A stretch of DNA of 64,000 nucleotides from Candidatus Micrarchaeota archaeon (GTDB lineage: Archaea > Micrarchaeota > Micrarchaeia > Micrarchaeales > CABMGC01). Both the position numbers and the translations under genes were made by a program. The DNA is taken from the NCBI GenBank assembly GCA_021817325.1, contig JAKAVK010000014.1:8678-72677 (forward strand), in the 5' to 3' direction. A model generated the notes under the pieces. It had not been told where the DNA came from. It did not search any database and worked only from the letters and a program-made list of their open reading frames with translations. Of this stretch, positions 9,521-20,008 are shown in pieces. The stretch's first letter is position 1. Every line of letters starts with the position of its first letter.

Positions 9521-10612
9521 TTGGACCCTTCGAATCTGTTAATTTTCAAGAAAAGGGGCGCCAACGCGGCAAACGATGGAGTTGGGTTACAACCACCGCC
9601 AAAACTGCAGCATGAGGAGCTCATGACCGGCAGGCAGCCATCAATCATCTTCCCAAAAGGGTTCCCGGTTATAAAACAAAGGCCTGCGGCCCAGCCGCAG
9701 GCACAGCAAGAGAAAGCCCCCCAAGTCAGCACCCGGCCCCAAGTGCAAGCACCGTCTCCAGCCGAGACGAGCGCAGCGGCAGTCTACCAAGCCAAGCAAC
9801 CAGTAGTTGCAAAGGCAATGTACAGCGATGGCGAGAATGAGGAGGGAGTTGCGACAAAGGCGGCAGCCCAGACTGCTGTGCAAGCACCTGCCGTGCAAGC
9901 ACCGCAGGGTCAGCAGATAGAGGAGGCCCTCCATCCTGACGAGGCCAAGAAGGTCAGCAGGAGTGGCAGAGAGAACATAAAAGCAGCAGCAGGCCACACG
10001 TGCGTATACCATCCGTGGAGACCAGCATACGCTGCATGTGCATACTGCCATAGGACATTCTGCTACGCGGACATAGTAAAGCACAATGGCAACTTCTACT
10101 GCCTGGAAGACATCTCACAGATCAGCTCTACGGCAACAGCGACAAAGACCAGGCGCGCCAGTAACACTGTGGCCAGGATCGCCGCTGTTGTATTCCTGAT
10201 CACCATTGCAATATTCGCATACTACACTTATCCAAGCGTATCTCCGATGATAAAGCATATGCAAACGGTGGGTTATAGGGAGTTTGTCATAAGCCTTACC
10301 CCTGCCGCCCAGTACTTCTTCTCGTTTGTTGATACCGTGGCAATGGGGCTGCTCTTCACCGGTGCGATAGCAATAGCGAGCAACTCCAGAAAGGGCTATT
10401 ATTGGGGTGTACTGGTTACTATTGCAGTTCTGGCAATTGCAGGATACGGATACCTCTACAGCAACCTCTCATTCATGCTTTACATAAGCGTCGCTTCGAT
10501 ACTGAACCTTGCGCTAATGGCATATAGCAGAATAGGTGCGGTGGTAAGCGCTGCCGAAGAGGAGAACACCGCGCCATCAGACATAGCCTGGCCGCTGACA
10601 GAGACGTTCTAA
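9521..10612 (+). CDS. Membrane protein with Q/P/A-rich N-terminus, B-box-like zinc finger and 4-5 C-terminal TM helices
   Basis: CVYHPWRPAYAACAYCHRTFC...YCLED, followed by hydrophobic segments; TTG start. Confidence 0.65.
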   Translation: MDPSNLLIFKKRGANAANDGVGLQPPPKLQHEELMTGRQPSIIFPKGFPVIKQRPAAQPQAQQEKAPQVSTRPQVQAPSPAETSAAAVYQAKQPVVAKAMYSDGENEEGVATKAAAQTAVQAPAVQAPQGQQIEEALHPDEAKKVSRSGRENIKAAAGHTCVYHPWRPAYAACAYCHRTFCYADIVKHNGNFYCLEDISQISSTATATKTRRASNTVARIAAVVFLITIAIFAYYTYPSVSPMIKHMQTVGYREFVISLTPAAQYFFSFVDTVAMGLLFTGAIAIASNSRKGYYWGVLVTIAVLAIAGYGYLYSNLSFMLYISVASILNLALMAYSRIGAVVSAAEEENTAPSDIAWPLTETF

Positions 10613-10700
10613 ATCCTACGGGCACATTCAATCCCGTTCTGGCAATAATAGCAAAACAGTCTCGGCATAAAAGCAAGGGTCTAAATGAATCGTCAGACCT

Positions 10701-12644
10701 TCACTTAAGGCGCATGGAGTCCAGGTCTAGCGGCGCCCTGCCGTCAATCCTCATCTTTCCAGCAAGCGTCCTGGCGAGATCCTCGCATTTCGACTCCTCA
10801 CCGTGCATGGTGAATATCTTCCTGGCAAAAGGCCTCAGGTCGCTCACGAACCTCATTATTTCCTTCCTGTCGCTATGCCCTGAGAATCCCTCAACAGTCT
10901 TTACCTGCATGTTTATCTTGATGAGCACCTGCTTGCCATCCTCGCCTGGCAACGCGACTTCCCGTAGCCCGTTCTGCACCCTGCGCCCCAGGGAGCTCAC
11001 GCTGTTGTACCCTACGAATATTATCATGTTCTTCGGATCCTCCGCCATGGCCTTGAAGTAGTCAAGGCTCGCTCCGCCGTTCAGCATCCCGCCGCTTGCC
11101 AGTATCACTGCAGGACCCTTGTCAAGAATGTCTTGCCTTTCGCCCTTCGCGACCTCGAATATCTCGCTCTCAAACGGAGAGTTGTTGCTGAGTATCCTGT
11201 GCTGCAGGCTAGACCTGAGGTACTCTGGATAAGCGGTGTGTATCGCGCTTGCCTCAAGTATCATGCCGTCAAGGTATATCGGAACCTCGAGCTTGTACCT
11301 CGGATCGTTAGTCATATAGCTCTCGAGCACCAGCATGATCTCCTGGCTTCTTCCTACCGAGAAGAGGGGGACCAGAACCTTGCCCCCATTCTCAACTGTT
11401 CTCTTTATCGTCTCCATTAGTTCTATCTCAGCATCACGCCTGTTCTGCGTTATGTCCCTCGGGCCCCCGTAAGTGCTCTCAAGGAAGAGCGCGTCTATCC
11501 TTGGATACTTGGTATCAGCCTGGTCGAAGAGCCTTGTAAAGCCGTACTTGAAGTCGCCAGTGGAGACTATATTGTATAAGCCTTCCCCTATGTGGAGGTG
11601 CACTGTGCCGCTTCCAAGAATATGGCCCGCGTTGTGGTACGTGAGCTTTATCTCGTCGGTCACGTTAGTAACCTCGCCAAAATCCCTAGTTATCATGTGC
11701 ATGAGCATGTTCCTTATATCCTTCTCTCCATAGAGCGGCACGCCACCGCCCTTCTGCACAAGCCTGGCATAGTCATAGTGCAATAGCGCCACAAGATCCC
11801 TTGTTGGGGGTGTGCAATAGACCGGACCGTTATATCCAAACTTGAAGAGATACGGCACAAACCCGGAATGGTCCATGTGTGCATGAGTCAGTATGACAGC
11901 ATCCAAATCGTTTATGGTTATGTTCGCGCTGTCAAGATAAGGGAAGGCTTTGTTCTCCCCGCCGCCTGCGTTGGCCTCTGCTCCGCGTATACCCGGCTCA
12001 GGGCTGATTCCGCAGTCCACAAGTATCTTGGAATGATGCGTCTCTATCAGCAAGCTTGACCTGCCGACCTCCCTGAAACCACCAAGCGCAGTTGCCTTGA
12101 CCCATTCGCTCTTTACCACGTTCTGGTTAATCCTCTTGCCTATGCCAGAGAGGAATTTCTTCCTGAAGTCGCTCTCCTTGAAGAGCATCTGCCTCACGCC
12201 CTTTATGACATCGCTGTTCATAGTCGGCGTTCTGAGCACCTTTGGCACCCACGAGGTCTCCTTTACAATGCGCATGAGTGTGGTGCCGCCCTTGCCAATG
12301 ACAAGGCCCGGCTTGAGCGCCTCGATGTACACCTCGCAGAATTCAGGCACAAAGCGCATTCCTTCCTCGCTCACTCCTGCCTCGGGCGGTATTATCTCCC
12401 GTATCTTCTTCTGCGCTTCCTCTACATCCATCAGCTCGTTCGAATCCGATCTGACTATCAGCCTCTTCTTCACCGCTGCGCTGATGTTCTTTATTATGTT
12501 CTCATCGCTGTATAGATAGGCGATGTTCCTCACATAGAGCGCGACGTCAGGGCCCTCATACTCTACCTTAGAGAGTTTGGCCTCTCCAGGTGTCAGTTCC
12601 TTTATCTTTTCTAAAATTTCCTTGTTCTCTGTTTCTTCACTCAC
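10701..12644 (-). CDS. fttA: Archaeal CPSF1 / FttA beta-CASP ribonuclease with KH domains
   Basis: N-terminal KH (PGLVIGKGG), ALGGFREVGRS, THAHMDH, AGHILGS, ESTYG, FSGHSD, HGEE. Confidence 0.95.
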   Translation of the reverse strand: MSEETENKEILEKIKELTPGEAKLSKVEYEGPDVALYVRNIAYLYSDENIIKNISAAVKKRLIVRSDSNELMDVEEAQKKIREIIPPEAGVSEEGMRFVPEFCEVYIEALKPGLVIGKGGTTLMRIVKETSWVPKVLRTPTMNSDVIKGVRQMLFKESDFRKKFLSGIGKRINQNVVKSEWVKATALGGFREVGRSSLLIETHHSKILVDCGISPEPGIRGAEANAGGGENKAFPYLDSANITINDLDAVILTHAHMDHSGFVPYLFKFGYNGPVYCTPPTRDLVALLHYDYARLVQKGGGVPLYGEKDIRNMLMHMITRDFGEVTNVTDEIKLTYHNAGHILGSGTVHLHIGEGLYNIVSTGDFKYGFTRLFDQADTKYPRIDALFLESTYGGPRDITQNRRDAEIELMETIKRTVENGGKVLVPLFSVGRSQEIMLVLESYMTNDPRYKLEVPIYLDGMILEASAIHTAYPEYLRSSLQHRILSNNSPFESEIFEVAKGERQDILDKGPAVILASGGMLNGGASLDYFKAMAEDPKNMIIFVGYNSVSSLGRRVQNGLREVALPGEDGKQVLIKINMQVKTVEGFSGHSDRKEIMRFVSDLRPFARKIFTMHGEESKCEDLARTLAGKMRIDGRAPLDLDSMRLK

Positions 12645-12744
12645 TCAAATCACGAGAAAGAATACTACTGTACATTATGGGCTAGCATTTCATGCTGCAC
12701 TTCAGACTTGCTTGCCCCCTCAAAGCATGCAAAAAATACAAATG

Positions 12745-13389
12745 TCACTTTCCAATCAGCTTCTCCATCTCTTCCCTTGTATACTCCTTGTAGCCCTTCT
12801 TGGTTATTGCAACCAGCCTTGTGCTGTCACCAGTGGCATTATCCCTCCTCATGGCTATCCTTATTGCCTTCAGAACGTGCTTTGCCGCATCCTGGACAGA
12901 CATGTCATCTGTATATATGCCCTCAACATAGCCAAGCGCAGTGAGCGATCCGCTGCCTGTAGCGGTGAATTTCGATTCCTTGGTGTAACCGCCCAGCGGG
13001 TCTATGTTGAATATCTCAGGCACTCCGTTGTTTATGCCTGCAAGTATCAGCTGCACTAGAAACGGGAAGCCCTTGTTCTCCTGAAGTATGAGCGAGAGAA
13101 GCGATGTTGCAGATGTAGGTGAGAGCGGCTTACCCTCATCCATCTTGTACATCTCATTCTGCACCTTGAGCAGCTTGACAAGGTATTCGGCATCGCCGAC
13201 TCCCCCTGCGATTGTCATCCCTAAATTGTCTCCTATCTTATATACCTTTATCGCTTCAGTGCTGGCAATGAACGTGTCCATGGTAGCCCGTGAATCGGAA
13301 CCGATCACAACTCCATCACCGCACAATATACCGACAGTAGTTGTCCCCTTCTTGACAGCCTCGTAGAATTCCTTGTGGTCTATGTTCAT
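12745..13389 (-). CDS. psmB: Proteasome beta subunit
   Basis: Propeptide followed by GTTTVG (N-terminal Thr nucleophile), DSRAT, ATGSGS; upstream of aCPSF1, a known archaeal gene order. Confidence 0.97.
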   Translation of the reverse strand: MNIDHKEFYEAVKKGTTTVGILCGDGVVIGSDSRATMDTFIASTEAIKVYKIGDNLGMTIAGGVGDAEYLVKLLKVQNEMYKMDEGKPLSPTSATSLLSLILQENKGFPFLVQLILAGINNGVPEIFNIDPLGGYTKESKFTATGSGSLTALGYVEGIYTDDMSVQDAAKHVLKAIRIAMRRDNATGDSTRLVAITKKGYKEYTREEMEKLIGK

Positions 13390-13542
13390 GCAAAAAACCT
13401 GAAACACGCTCTCTCTATTATTAAATATCGAGAACTAATCTCTATGGCAATGCCAAAGTATTTAAACTCTCACAATGCTTCAGATGTAATTGAATAAAGA
13501 AAAATGAAAGCCGTCGCAGTGCAAGTGTAACTGAGGCCCCGC

Positions 13543-13788
13543 CTAAACTATTAAGCTACCATTACCTATAAATAGCTTGCTGTTCTCCTCAACAGGCTCG
13601 GCATATGCAAAGGTGCGATATAGTTTTGTTATCTTTACAGGGTACGTCTTTCCTGATCTGGTCTTCATATTCCTGACAAAGACGACTATGTCATTTATCT
13701 TCCCGATGCCTTCTCCCTTAGGGTTCCGCGCATCGACGCGGACATCGTATGTTCCCCCCTCTACTAACTCACGTTCTATTCCTTCCAT
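13543..13788 (-). CDS. Stand-alone TRAM-domain RNA-binding protein
   Basis: VEGGTYDVRVDARNPKGEGIGKINDIVVFV...VKITKLYRTFAYAE TRAM pattern; start placed at ATG 13788. Confidence 0.75.
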   Translation of the reverse strand: MEGIERELVEGGTYDVRVDARNPKGEGIGKINDIVVFVRNMKTRSGKTYPVKITKLYRTFAYAEPVEENSKLFIGNGSLIV

Positions 13789-14055
13789 TCTATCCACCAA
13801 ATAACCCACCGACTGGTACTTGATTAATAATATGGACAGAAATATATTTAAACCTTCCCTACAAACTACGTATCTTTTATTACGTATATCGTATTCCATG
13901 CCTGTTCTTATTCAACATTGCGTATCGGCGCTCCGAAAGCCAGCATACAAAACGTACAAGCACAGGGAGGGAGACGCGCTGAAGCCAGAAAGACACAAAA
14001 ACGTCAGCGCTAAGATAAGACTCATTTATATAGCTTGAACCTGAAAGGATAATTC

Positions 14056-14796
14056 ATGCTGCTTACCATCATACTGCCAGTTTATAACGAGAGAAAGAAC
14101 CTAGAATCCAACTTCATGAAAATATATAAGGAAGCCGGCGCTCTTGGCAACCTTGAGATCATACTCGCCGAGGACGGATCTACCGATGGGACAAGGGAGA
14201 TTGCGCGGCGATTCTCGAAGATGAATGGCGTCATCTTGCTTTCGAGTGAAAAGAGGCTTGGCAAGGGCGGCGCAATAAGGGAGGCTGCAAAGGTTGCGCA
14301 CGGCGATGTAATCGGCTACATGGACATAGACCTCGCGGTACCTCCAAGATACATAAAGAGCGCAGTGATGCATGTCGAAGAGGGGAACAAGGTCGTAATA
14401 GGCTCAAGATATGTGAGTGGATCGCAGACCAGCAGGTATCTCTCCAGGCTCATTCTAAGCCTATCCTATAACGCGATGCTCTTTCTCTTCTTCGGCTCAC
14501 GGGTGAGGGATCACCAGTGCGGATTCAAGTTCTTCGATGGCAAGTACTTCAAGCAGAAGATGAAACAGTCACATGACAGCAAATGGTTCTTCGACTCGGA
14601 GCTATTGATACTCGCACAGCGCGATGGCATAAGGCCATACGAGCTACCTGTGCAATGGAAAGAGCAGAAGACATCTACATTCAGGTACTCAGATATACTT
14701 CTCTTCGTGAAGGCAATGCTGAAGCTCAGGTTCGGGAGCCATGGCCGCAGCCTCGCACTGCATTCTGCAGGCTCGAATGCCAATCCGCAGGATTGA
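14056..14796 (+). CDS. GT2 glycosyltransferase (dolichol-phosphate glycosyltransferase-like)
   Basis: ILPVYNE, EDGSTDGT, GKGGA, YMDID, RDHQCGFK, WFFDSE. Confidence 0.9.
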   Translation: MLLTIILPVYNERKNLESNFMKIYKEAGALGNLEIILAEDGSTDGTREIARRFSKMNGVILLSSEKRLGKGGAIREAAKVAHGDVIGYMDIDLAVPPRYIKSAVMHVEEGNKVVIGSRYVSGSQTSRYLSRLILSLSYNAMLFLFFGSRVRDHQCGFKFFDGKYFKQKMKQSHDSKWFFDSELLILAQRDGIRPYELPVQWKEQKTSTFRYSDILLFVKAMLKLRFGSHGRSLALHSAGSNANPQD

Positions 14797-14830
14797 TGGC
14801 AGTGCAAGACGCTAATGCAAAACATATTTA

Positions 14831-15922
14831 ATGCTATATGGCAAGAGTGTTCAGGTGAGCAGAAGGCTGTGTGTTATGGGATTAACAAGGGAGCAACCAT
14901 CTAAAGACCCTCTAAAATTCTCAAGGGCGGGAAACGCGGCCAGAAGCAGAGGTCTATACGACGTAGCTGCGGATGCATTCGCCCTGGCAGCGCAATACGA
15001 GCGTCGCACCACGCAGCGACTCCTCTATATAGACGCTGCTCTGCGTGACGTGTACCGGGCCGGCGCGGATCTTACGCCATTGGCCGCAGAGCTAGTGGTC
15101 CTGAGATCTCAGACAGAACGCGCAGGCGCAGGCCCCTTCGAAGACTGTCGCTACAACTCGCGCCTACCAGCGAAAGTGGCCTTAGATTTCCGCATCGAGG
15201 AGCAGGCCAAACAGGCAGAAAGAGCCATCGAAGAGAACAAATATGACCTTGCGTTTCGGATGTACGCGGACTTGGCAAGGCTTGCACATCAGAAGCTCGA
15301 TAGTCCATTCCTCTGGGAAGAGTTTGCAAAGAGGGCAATAGATGCCAATGTAAGGAAATGCCGTGCTTCTGAGGATATAAATAATTTTGCAAACGCCATA
15401 CGCGTCTACGAGGAAACCATAGGCTATGCGAGAAAAATGGGCCTGCAGGATGGGATAACCGCACCGCGCAGCATGGCTGCTGGCGTATACTTCAGGGCTG
15501 GGCAGTTCACTGAACTGCAAGGCAACATGGCCGAAGCGGCAAAGTGGTATGTATCGGGCGCTGGTTACGCCATGAGGACGATGCTTACACAAGAGGCTGA
15601 ACTTAGCGATGCGGCAGTACGGGCATAACACGCAATTGCCAAAAATGCAATAGCGGCGCAGCACTTCGAGGAAGCCATCGAGACTTATAAGCATGCTGCA
15701 GCATACGCAGATTGCGCCGGAGCGCAGAACGTGGGAGAAAGGATGAGCCACGCCGTAATAGATACCTATAAGGATCTTGCAATGTACAGAGCCAGCACAG
15801 GGCATGACAACCTGTCCGCAGCTGCCGCATGCCTTGACGGAGCGCAGTACGCGGATGATGTTGGAATAAGCGACAGGGCTGCATCCATGCGCAAACTCGC
15901 ATCCAAGTTCGCAGGGACATAG
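14831..15922 (+). pseudogene. TPR/SNAP-like helical-repeat protein interrupted by one in-frame TAA (15626-15628)
   Basis: ORFs 14831-15628 and 15731-15922 share a frame; the intervening codons are open and read HAIAKNAIAAQHFEEAIETYKHAAAYA, a continuing TPR-like pattern. Confidence 0.6.
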
Positions 15923-15986
15923 GCAAGATACACTTGCGTTCGCATTGCCTGGCCTGCAAGTCGTAGGCAAACGCATTAATAAATGA

Positions 15987-18350
15987 TTGGAGAAGACTAT
16001 ATCTGACAAGTTTAGCGGAGGACGTGATACATTGGCAGAAGAACAAGACCATACGGTGCAGTCTGCTCCTGAAAAGAAGCGCACGCCGATACACCATCAT
16101 GTTAAGAGAGTGATAGAGCATGTGCGAAAGCACGAGGACTTTAGGTACTACTGCTACGCCACGCTGGCGTATACTGCAATAACCCTCCTCATGTTCTGGT
16201 ATCTGGTCATAAACCTGAGCAGCGGTGTCATAAACGGGGGAGGTGACGTATACCAGAGTATGTGGGAACTGTGGTGGGTGCCGCATGCGATAGCAAGTTC
16301 AAATCCAATCTACTTCACGAACCTGCTCTACTATCCGATAGGCGCAAGCCTTGTCACTGAGACGCTTATGCCTCTTGCAGGCATACTGAGCGCGCCGCTG
16401 CAACTGGTCAGCATTGCATTCGCGTACAACATCCTCTTTCTTCTCGGCTACATACTCTCCGGCCTGTTCGCTTGCATGTTGGTATTGCACATAACCAAGA
16501 ACAGGTACGCCGCATTCATAGGCGGCCTTATCTTCGCATTCAGCCCGATGCATATAGCGCAGTCAATAGGTCACCTCAACTGGACATCGATAGAGTTCAT
16601 ACCGCTCTTCGTGTTGCTGTTCATACTGATGATAAAGGAGAGCAGGAGGAGATATGTACTAGGCGCCGCGATAGCGTTCCTGCTTGTTGTCTTCGTAGGC
16701 GATCCGCTGCAGGGCATAATGGCGCTGCTATTCGCTGTTCTGCTCCTGCTTTACTATCTTGCCACCGAGCGCAAGGCCATACTCAACAGGCAGTTCGCGA
16801 TCCGGCTTGCTTCAATGGCCATCATAACCCTGGCGCTGGGCTCACCGTTCCTGATACCGCTGATAGGCGGGCTTCTCCAGCCGGGTACGCTCAGCACAGC
16901 AAACCAGCTCTCCAACATACCGCACAACATGCTGTGGAGCGACAACCTCCTCTCATATTTCCTGCCAAGCTACTACAATACAATATTCCATAATGCATCT
17001 TCAGCGTACTACAATCAGATATACGGCCTCACGTATAAGGGAGTGCAGTACATACCCAGCGTCAGCGAGAGGACGTCATACGCCGGTTATTCGGTGCTTT
17101 TTCTGGCTCTGTTAGCGATATACATTGACTATTCGAGGAACAAGCTCAAGCACATGCTCTTCTGGCTCATTGCGCTTGTAGTATTCTTCCTAATGTCTCT
17201 TGGTCCCTACATCCAGATCTACAGCTCAGTAACTGGCATACCTGGTCCATACATAATCTACCGGCTGCTGCCAATCCTCAACCTTGTGCGCGAGCCGGGC
17301 AGGTTCGACATGCTTGTCACGCTGGCGCTTTCGGTGCTTGCGGCATTCGGCTTTGCCAGCCTGCTTGAAGGTAAGGACAAGAAGCAGAGCATGATGTACA
17401 CGGCCGTACTTCTTGTAATAATAATGCTAGAATACGGCTCGATGCCGCTGACCGCAGCGTATACAAATATGCTGCTTGCCAATGCCACTATACCTTCTGC
17501 ATACGGTCAGATAGGGAGCGTGAACGGAAACTTCAGCACGCTGATACTGCCCGCCCTGCCAAATACCAACTCAACAACACCAGAACTCTACCCTGGCCTT
17601 GCCATGTACTATGATACTGCGATGCACAAGCCGATCATAGACGGCTACACAACCAGGGAAAACTACACCCAGTACGATTCAATGGAGTCGGTTCCGCTGG
17701 TGGTCTCAGCCCAGTACCTGCAGATCGGCGACGGTTTTATCTATCCATCGCCGCTGCTGATGAACTCCACAAACGCGACATTGCTGATGCTTGCAAATGA
17801 CAACACTGCGTTCATCTCTGTCATGGGGCAGGCGTATACTTATACCCAGATGGGAGACCTTTACACCTACCTGAACAATGTCTTCGGGCCTCCTGTGTAT
17901 ACCAATACCACCACGTCGACATATGTCTTTGCAACCGGAAATGCACTGCGCAGCAACGCGGGGAGATACCTGACTGCGTATACAGTAGGTACATGGATAC
18001 CGGGATTTCAGTTCTGCGGCCCGTATTCAGCATGCAACCAGAGCATCGCGACTATGTGGTGGGGATCCAACCAGCGTGGCATTGCGATCTACTCTCCAAA
18101 CACCACCTCTGTCAAGATGGGCTTCACTGCGATTCCGTATTCCAGCGGCATGCCGCTTGGCATCTTCCTGAGCAACTCCCAAAAGCCGGTAGCCATACTT
18201 AACCTGGCGCCTAGCGTCTCCAATTATACGGTCCAATTGAACCTGACTAGGGGGATGAATATCCTGGCATTCTATTCCAGCAACATAACCTCGCAGACAC
18301 AGAACCCGTACATAAACTACGGAATAAAGAATATAACGCTCACCAGATGA
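15987..18350 (+). CDS. Polytopic membrane protein, GT-C/YfhO-like glycosyltransferase
   Basis: Multiple TM helices, GGDVYQSMW, IFAFSPMH, REPGRF motifs; C-terminal extracellular domain rich in N-x-S/T; next to GT2 and flippase genes. Confidence 0.7.
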   Translation: MEKTISDKFSGGRDTLAEEQDHTVQSAPEKKRTPIHHHVKRVIEHVRKHEDFRYYCYATLAYTAITLLMFWYLVINLSSGVINGGGDVYQSMWELWWVPHAIASSNPIYFTNLLYYPIGASLVTETLMPLAGILSAPLQLVSIAFAYNILFLLGYILSGLFACMLVLHITKNRYAAFIGGLIFAFSPMHIAQSIGHLNWTSIEFIPLFVLLFILMIKESRRRYVLGAAIAFLLVVFVGDPLQGIMALLFAVLLLLYYLATERKAILNRQFAIRLASMAIITLALGSPFLIPLIGGLLQPGTLSTANQLSNIPHNMLWSDNLLSYFLPSYYNTIFHNASSAYYNQIYGLTYKGVQYIPSVSERTSYAGYSVLFLALLAIYIDYSRNKLKHMLFWLIALVVFFLMSLGPYIQIYSSVTGIPGPYIIYRLLPILNLVREPGRFDMLVTLALSVLAAFGFASLLEGKDKKQSMMYTAVLLVIIMLEYGSMPLTAAYTNMLLANATIPSAYGQIGSVNGNFSTLILPALPNTNSTTPELYPGLAMYYDTAMHKPIIDGYTTRENYTQYDSMESVPLVVSAQYLQIGDGFIYPSPLLMNSTNATLLMLANDNTAFISVMGQAYTYTQMGDLYTYLNNVFGPPVYTNTTTSTYVFATGNALRSNAGRYLTAYTVGTWIPGFQFCGPYSACNQSIATMWWGSNQRGIAIYSPNTTSVKMGFTAIPYSSGMPLGIFLSNSQKPVAILNLAPSVSNYTVQLNLTRGMNILAFYSSNITSQTQNPYINYGIKNITLTR

Positions 18351-18370
18351 ACTGGCAGGCAGTGTAATGT

Positions 18371-20008
18371 ATGGAGCCTATAAAGGAACAGACTGAGACA
18401 TTCGGCGCCAAGACCGCAAGCATGGTCTATTCGGTCACCACCGGGCAGTTCCTTTCCACAGTGATTACGCTGGCGATGTTCATAGCGCTCACAAGGATGC
18501 TCCAGCCCCAGAATTACGGACTTTATGCTTTTGCAATAGGATACGCCACCCTAATAGACGCCGTTTCCGGGTTCGGTGTGGGAGCCTACTTCAGCACGAA
18601 GATATCAATCAACATGTACAAGAAGGACAGCGAGCAGATATTCAGAGTTATACGGTCTGGCTTCGCGATCCTTCTGCCAGTGGCGGCCTTCCTCACCCTC
18701 TTTGGAATAGCGCTAAGCCCGTATATCGCCGATGTGGCTTTCAAGGGCGTCGGGATAGGGCCACTGACCCTGATGCTCGCATCGGCTACGATATTCTTCA
18801 CTATGCTGCAGGGCACAGCTTCGCATGCCCTGATAGGGTTCGGAAAGAGCTGGTACTTCAGCCTTGTAGGCACTATAGTCAACGTGATACAGCTTGTCAT
18901 AAGCATACTGCTGATTTATCTGGGATACGGGGTCAACGGCGCGATTGCGGGTTTGCTTGTCGGGTACATGGTCGGCTCTGTTCTGGGAGTATACTACCTG
19001 CTCAGGTTCTCATCAAGGTATGGCAAATTCAGATTCATTATGCCGGCCAGAAAGGACATAAAGGCAGCATTCAGCTTCTCGGCACCGATAGGGGTGAACA
19101 GATTCTTGACCTCATCGCTGCAGAACTTCTCAATAATCCTGCTCGGACTGTACGTAGTGACTGCTACCCTGGGCAACTACGGAGCTGCAATGAAGGGATA
19201 CAACTTCATGTTCTTTGTGTATGGCACAATGACAACCATACTCGTGCCCGCCTTCTCGATAGCAGGCGTTGTAAAGGAGAGAGGCACCCTTCATACATCG
19301 TATAACAGCCTTCTGCGGTACTCAATGCTACTTACCCTCCCTCTCATAGTATACCCTGCAGTCTTTGCAGGGCCAGGGGTGTATCTTTTCATATCCAGGA
19401 GCTATGCTACTGCAGGCATCTTCCTCTCGCTAATATCCCTGGGAACTGCCATTGGCATAGTCAACTCATATCTTGACAGCATGATGCTGGCCGCCGGAAA
19501 GACGCGCAAGACGATGGTCTATAATACAATATCAGGGATAATACAGCTTGCGCTTCTGGTCACTGTTGTTCCTTACGTGTATGCTGCTTCCGGCCACAGC
19601 CAGCTCCTGACTGTGATAGCCGCGATTCTCTCTGTATTCTTCGTAGGGAACATAATCAGCAACGTGCTCTTCCAGAATGGCGTAAGAAAGCACCTTGGCG
19701 TCAGCCTGAAGGAAGCCAAGATCCTGCGCGTCTTCGCAGCTAACGCTGTGCTTGGAGTCATACTGCTGGCCTTCCTAGTCGCAAGCGGAACCCTGCTCTC
19801 CTCTGCTGCCACATGGCTGCAAGATGTGGCGCAGCTGGTAGCTGGAATAACGATAACCATGATAGTCTATCCTATGCTAACGGTCTTCTTCAGGGCGCTG
19901 GACCGCGAGGACCTCAAGACGATAGGCGCATCGACTGCCAAGTTGCCGCTGATAAAAAAGCCGATAGCGCTCTTTCTGGGATACACGGCTCACTTTCTGC
20001 CTTCCTGA
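18371..20008 (+). CDS. Polysaccharide/oligosaccharide flippase (Wzx/MATE-like)
   Basis: About 14 TM helices; TRMLQPQNYGLY and LGNYGAA repeat motifs typical of Wzx. Confidence 0.85.
   Translation: MEPIKEQTETFGAKTASMVYSVTTGQFLSTVITLAMFIALTRMLQPQNYGLYAFAIGYATLIDAVSGFGVGAYFSTKISINMYKKDSEQIFRVIRSGFAILLPVAAFLTLFGIALSPYIADVAFKGVGIGPLTLMLASATIFFTMLQGTASHALIGFGKSWYFSLVGTIVNVIQLVISILLIYLGYGVNGAIAGLLVGYMVGSVLGVYYLLRFSSRYGKFRFIMPARKDIKAAFSFSAPIGVNRFLTSSLQNFSIILLGLYVVTATLGNYGAAMKGYNFMFFVYGTMTTILVPAFSIAGVVKERGTLHTSYNSLLRYSMLLTLPLIVYPAVFAGPGVYLFISRSYATAGIFLSLISLGTAIGIVNSYLDSMMLAAGKTRKTMVYNTISGIIQLALLVTVVPYVYAASGHSQLLTVIAAILSVFFVGNIISNVLFQNGVRKHLGVSLKEAKILRVFAANAVLGVILLAFLVASGTLLSSAATWLQDVAQLVAGITITMIVYPMLTVFFRALDREDLKTIGASTAKLPLIKKPIALFLGYTAHFLPS

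Noticed and set aside
15626-15628. Genetic-code reassignment as the explanation for the in-frame stop
   Set aside because: TAA, TAG and TGA all terminate conserved genes in this window at the expected positions
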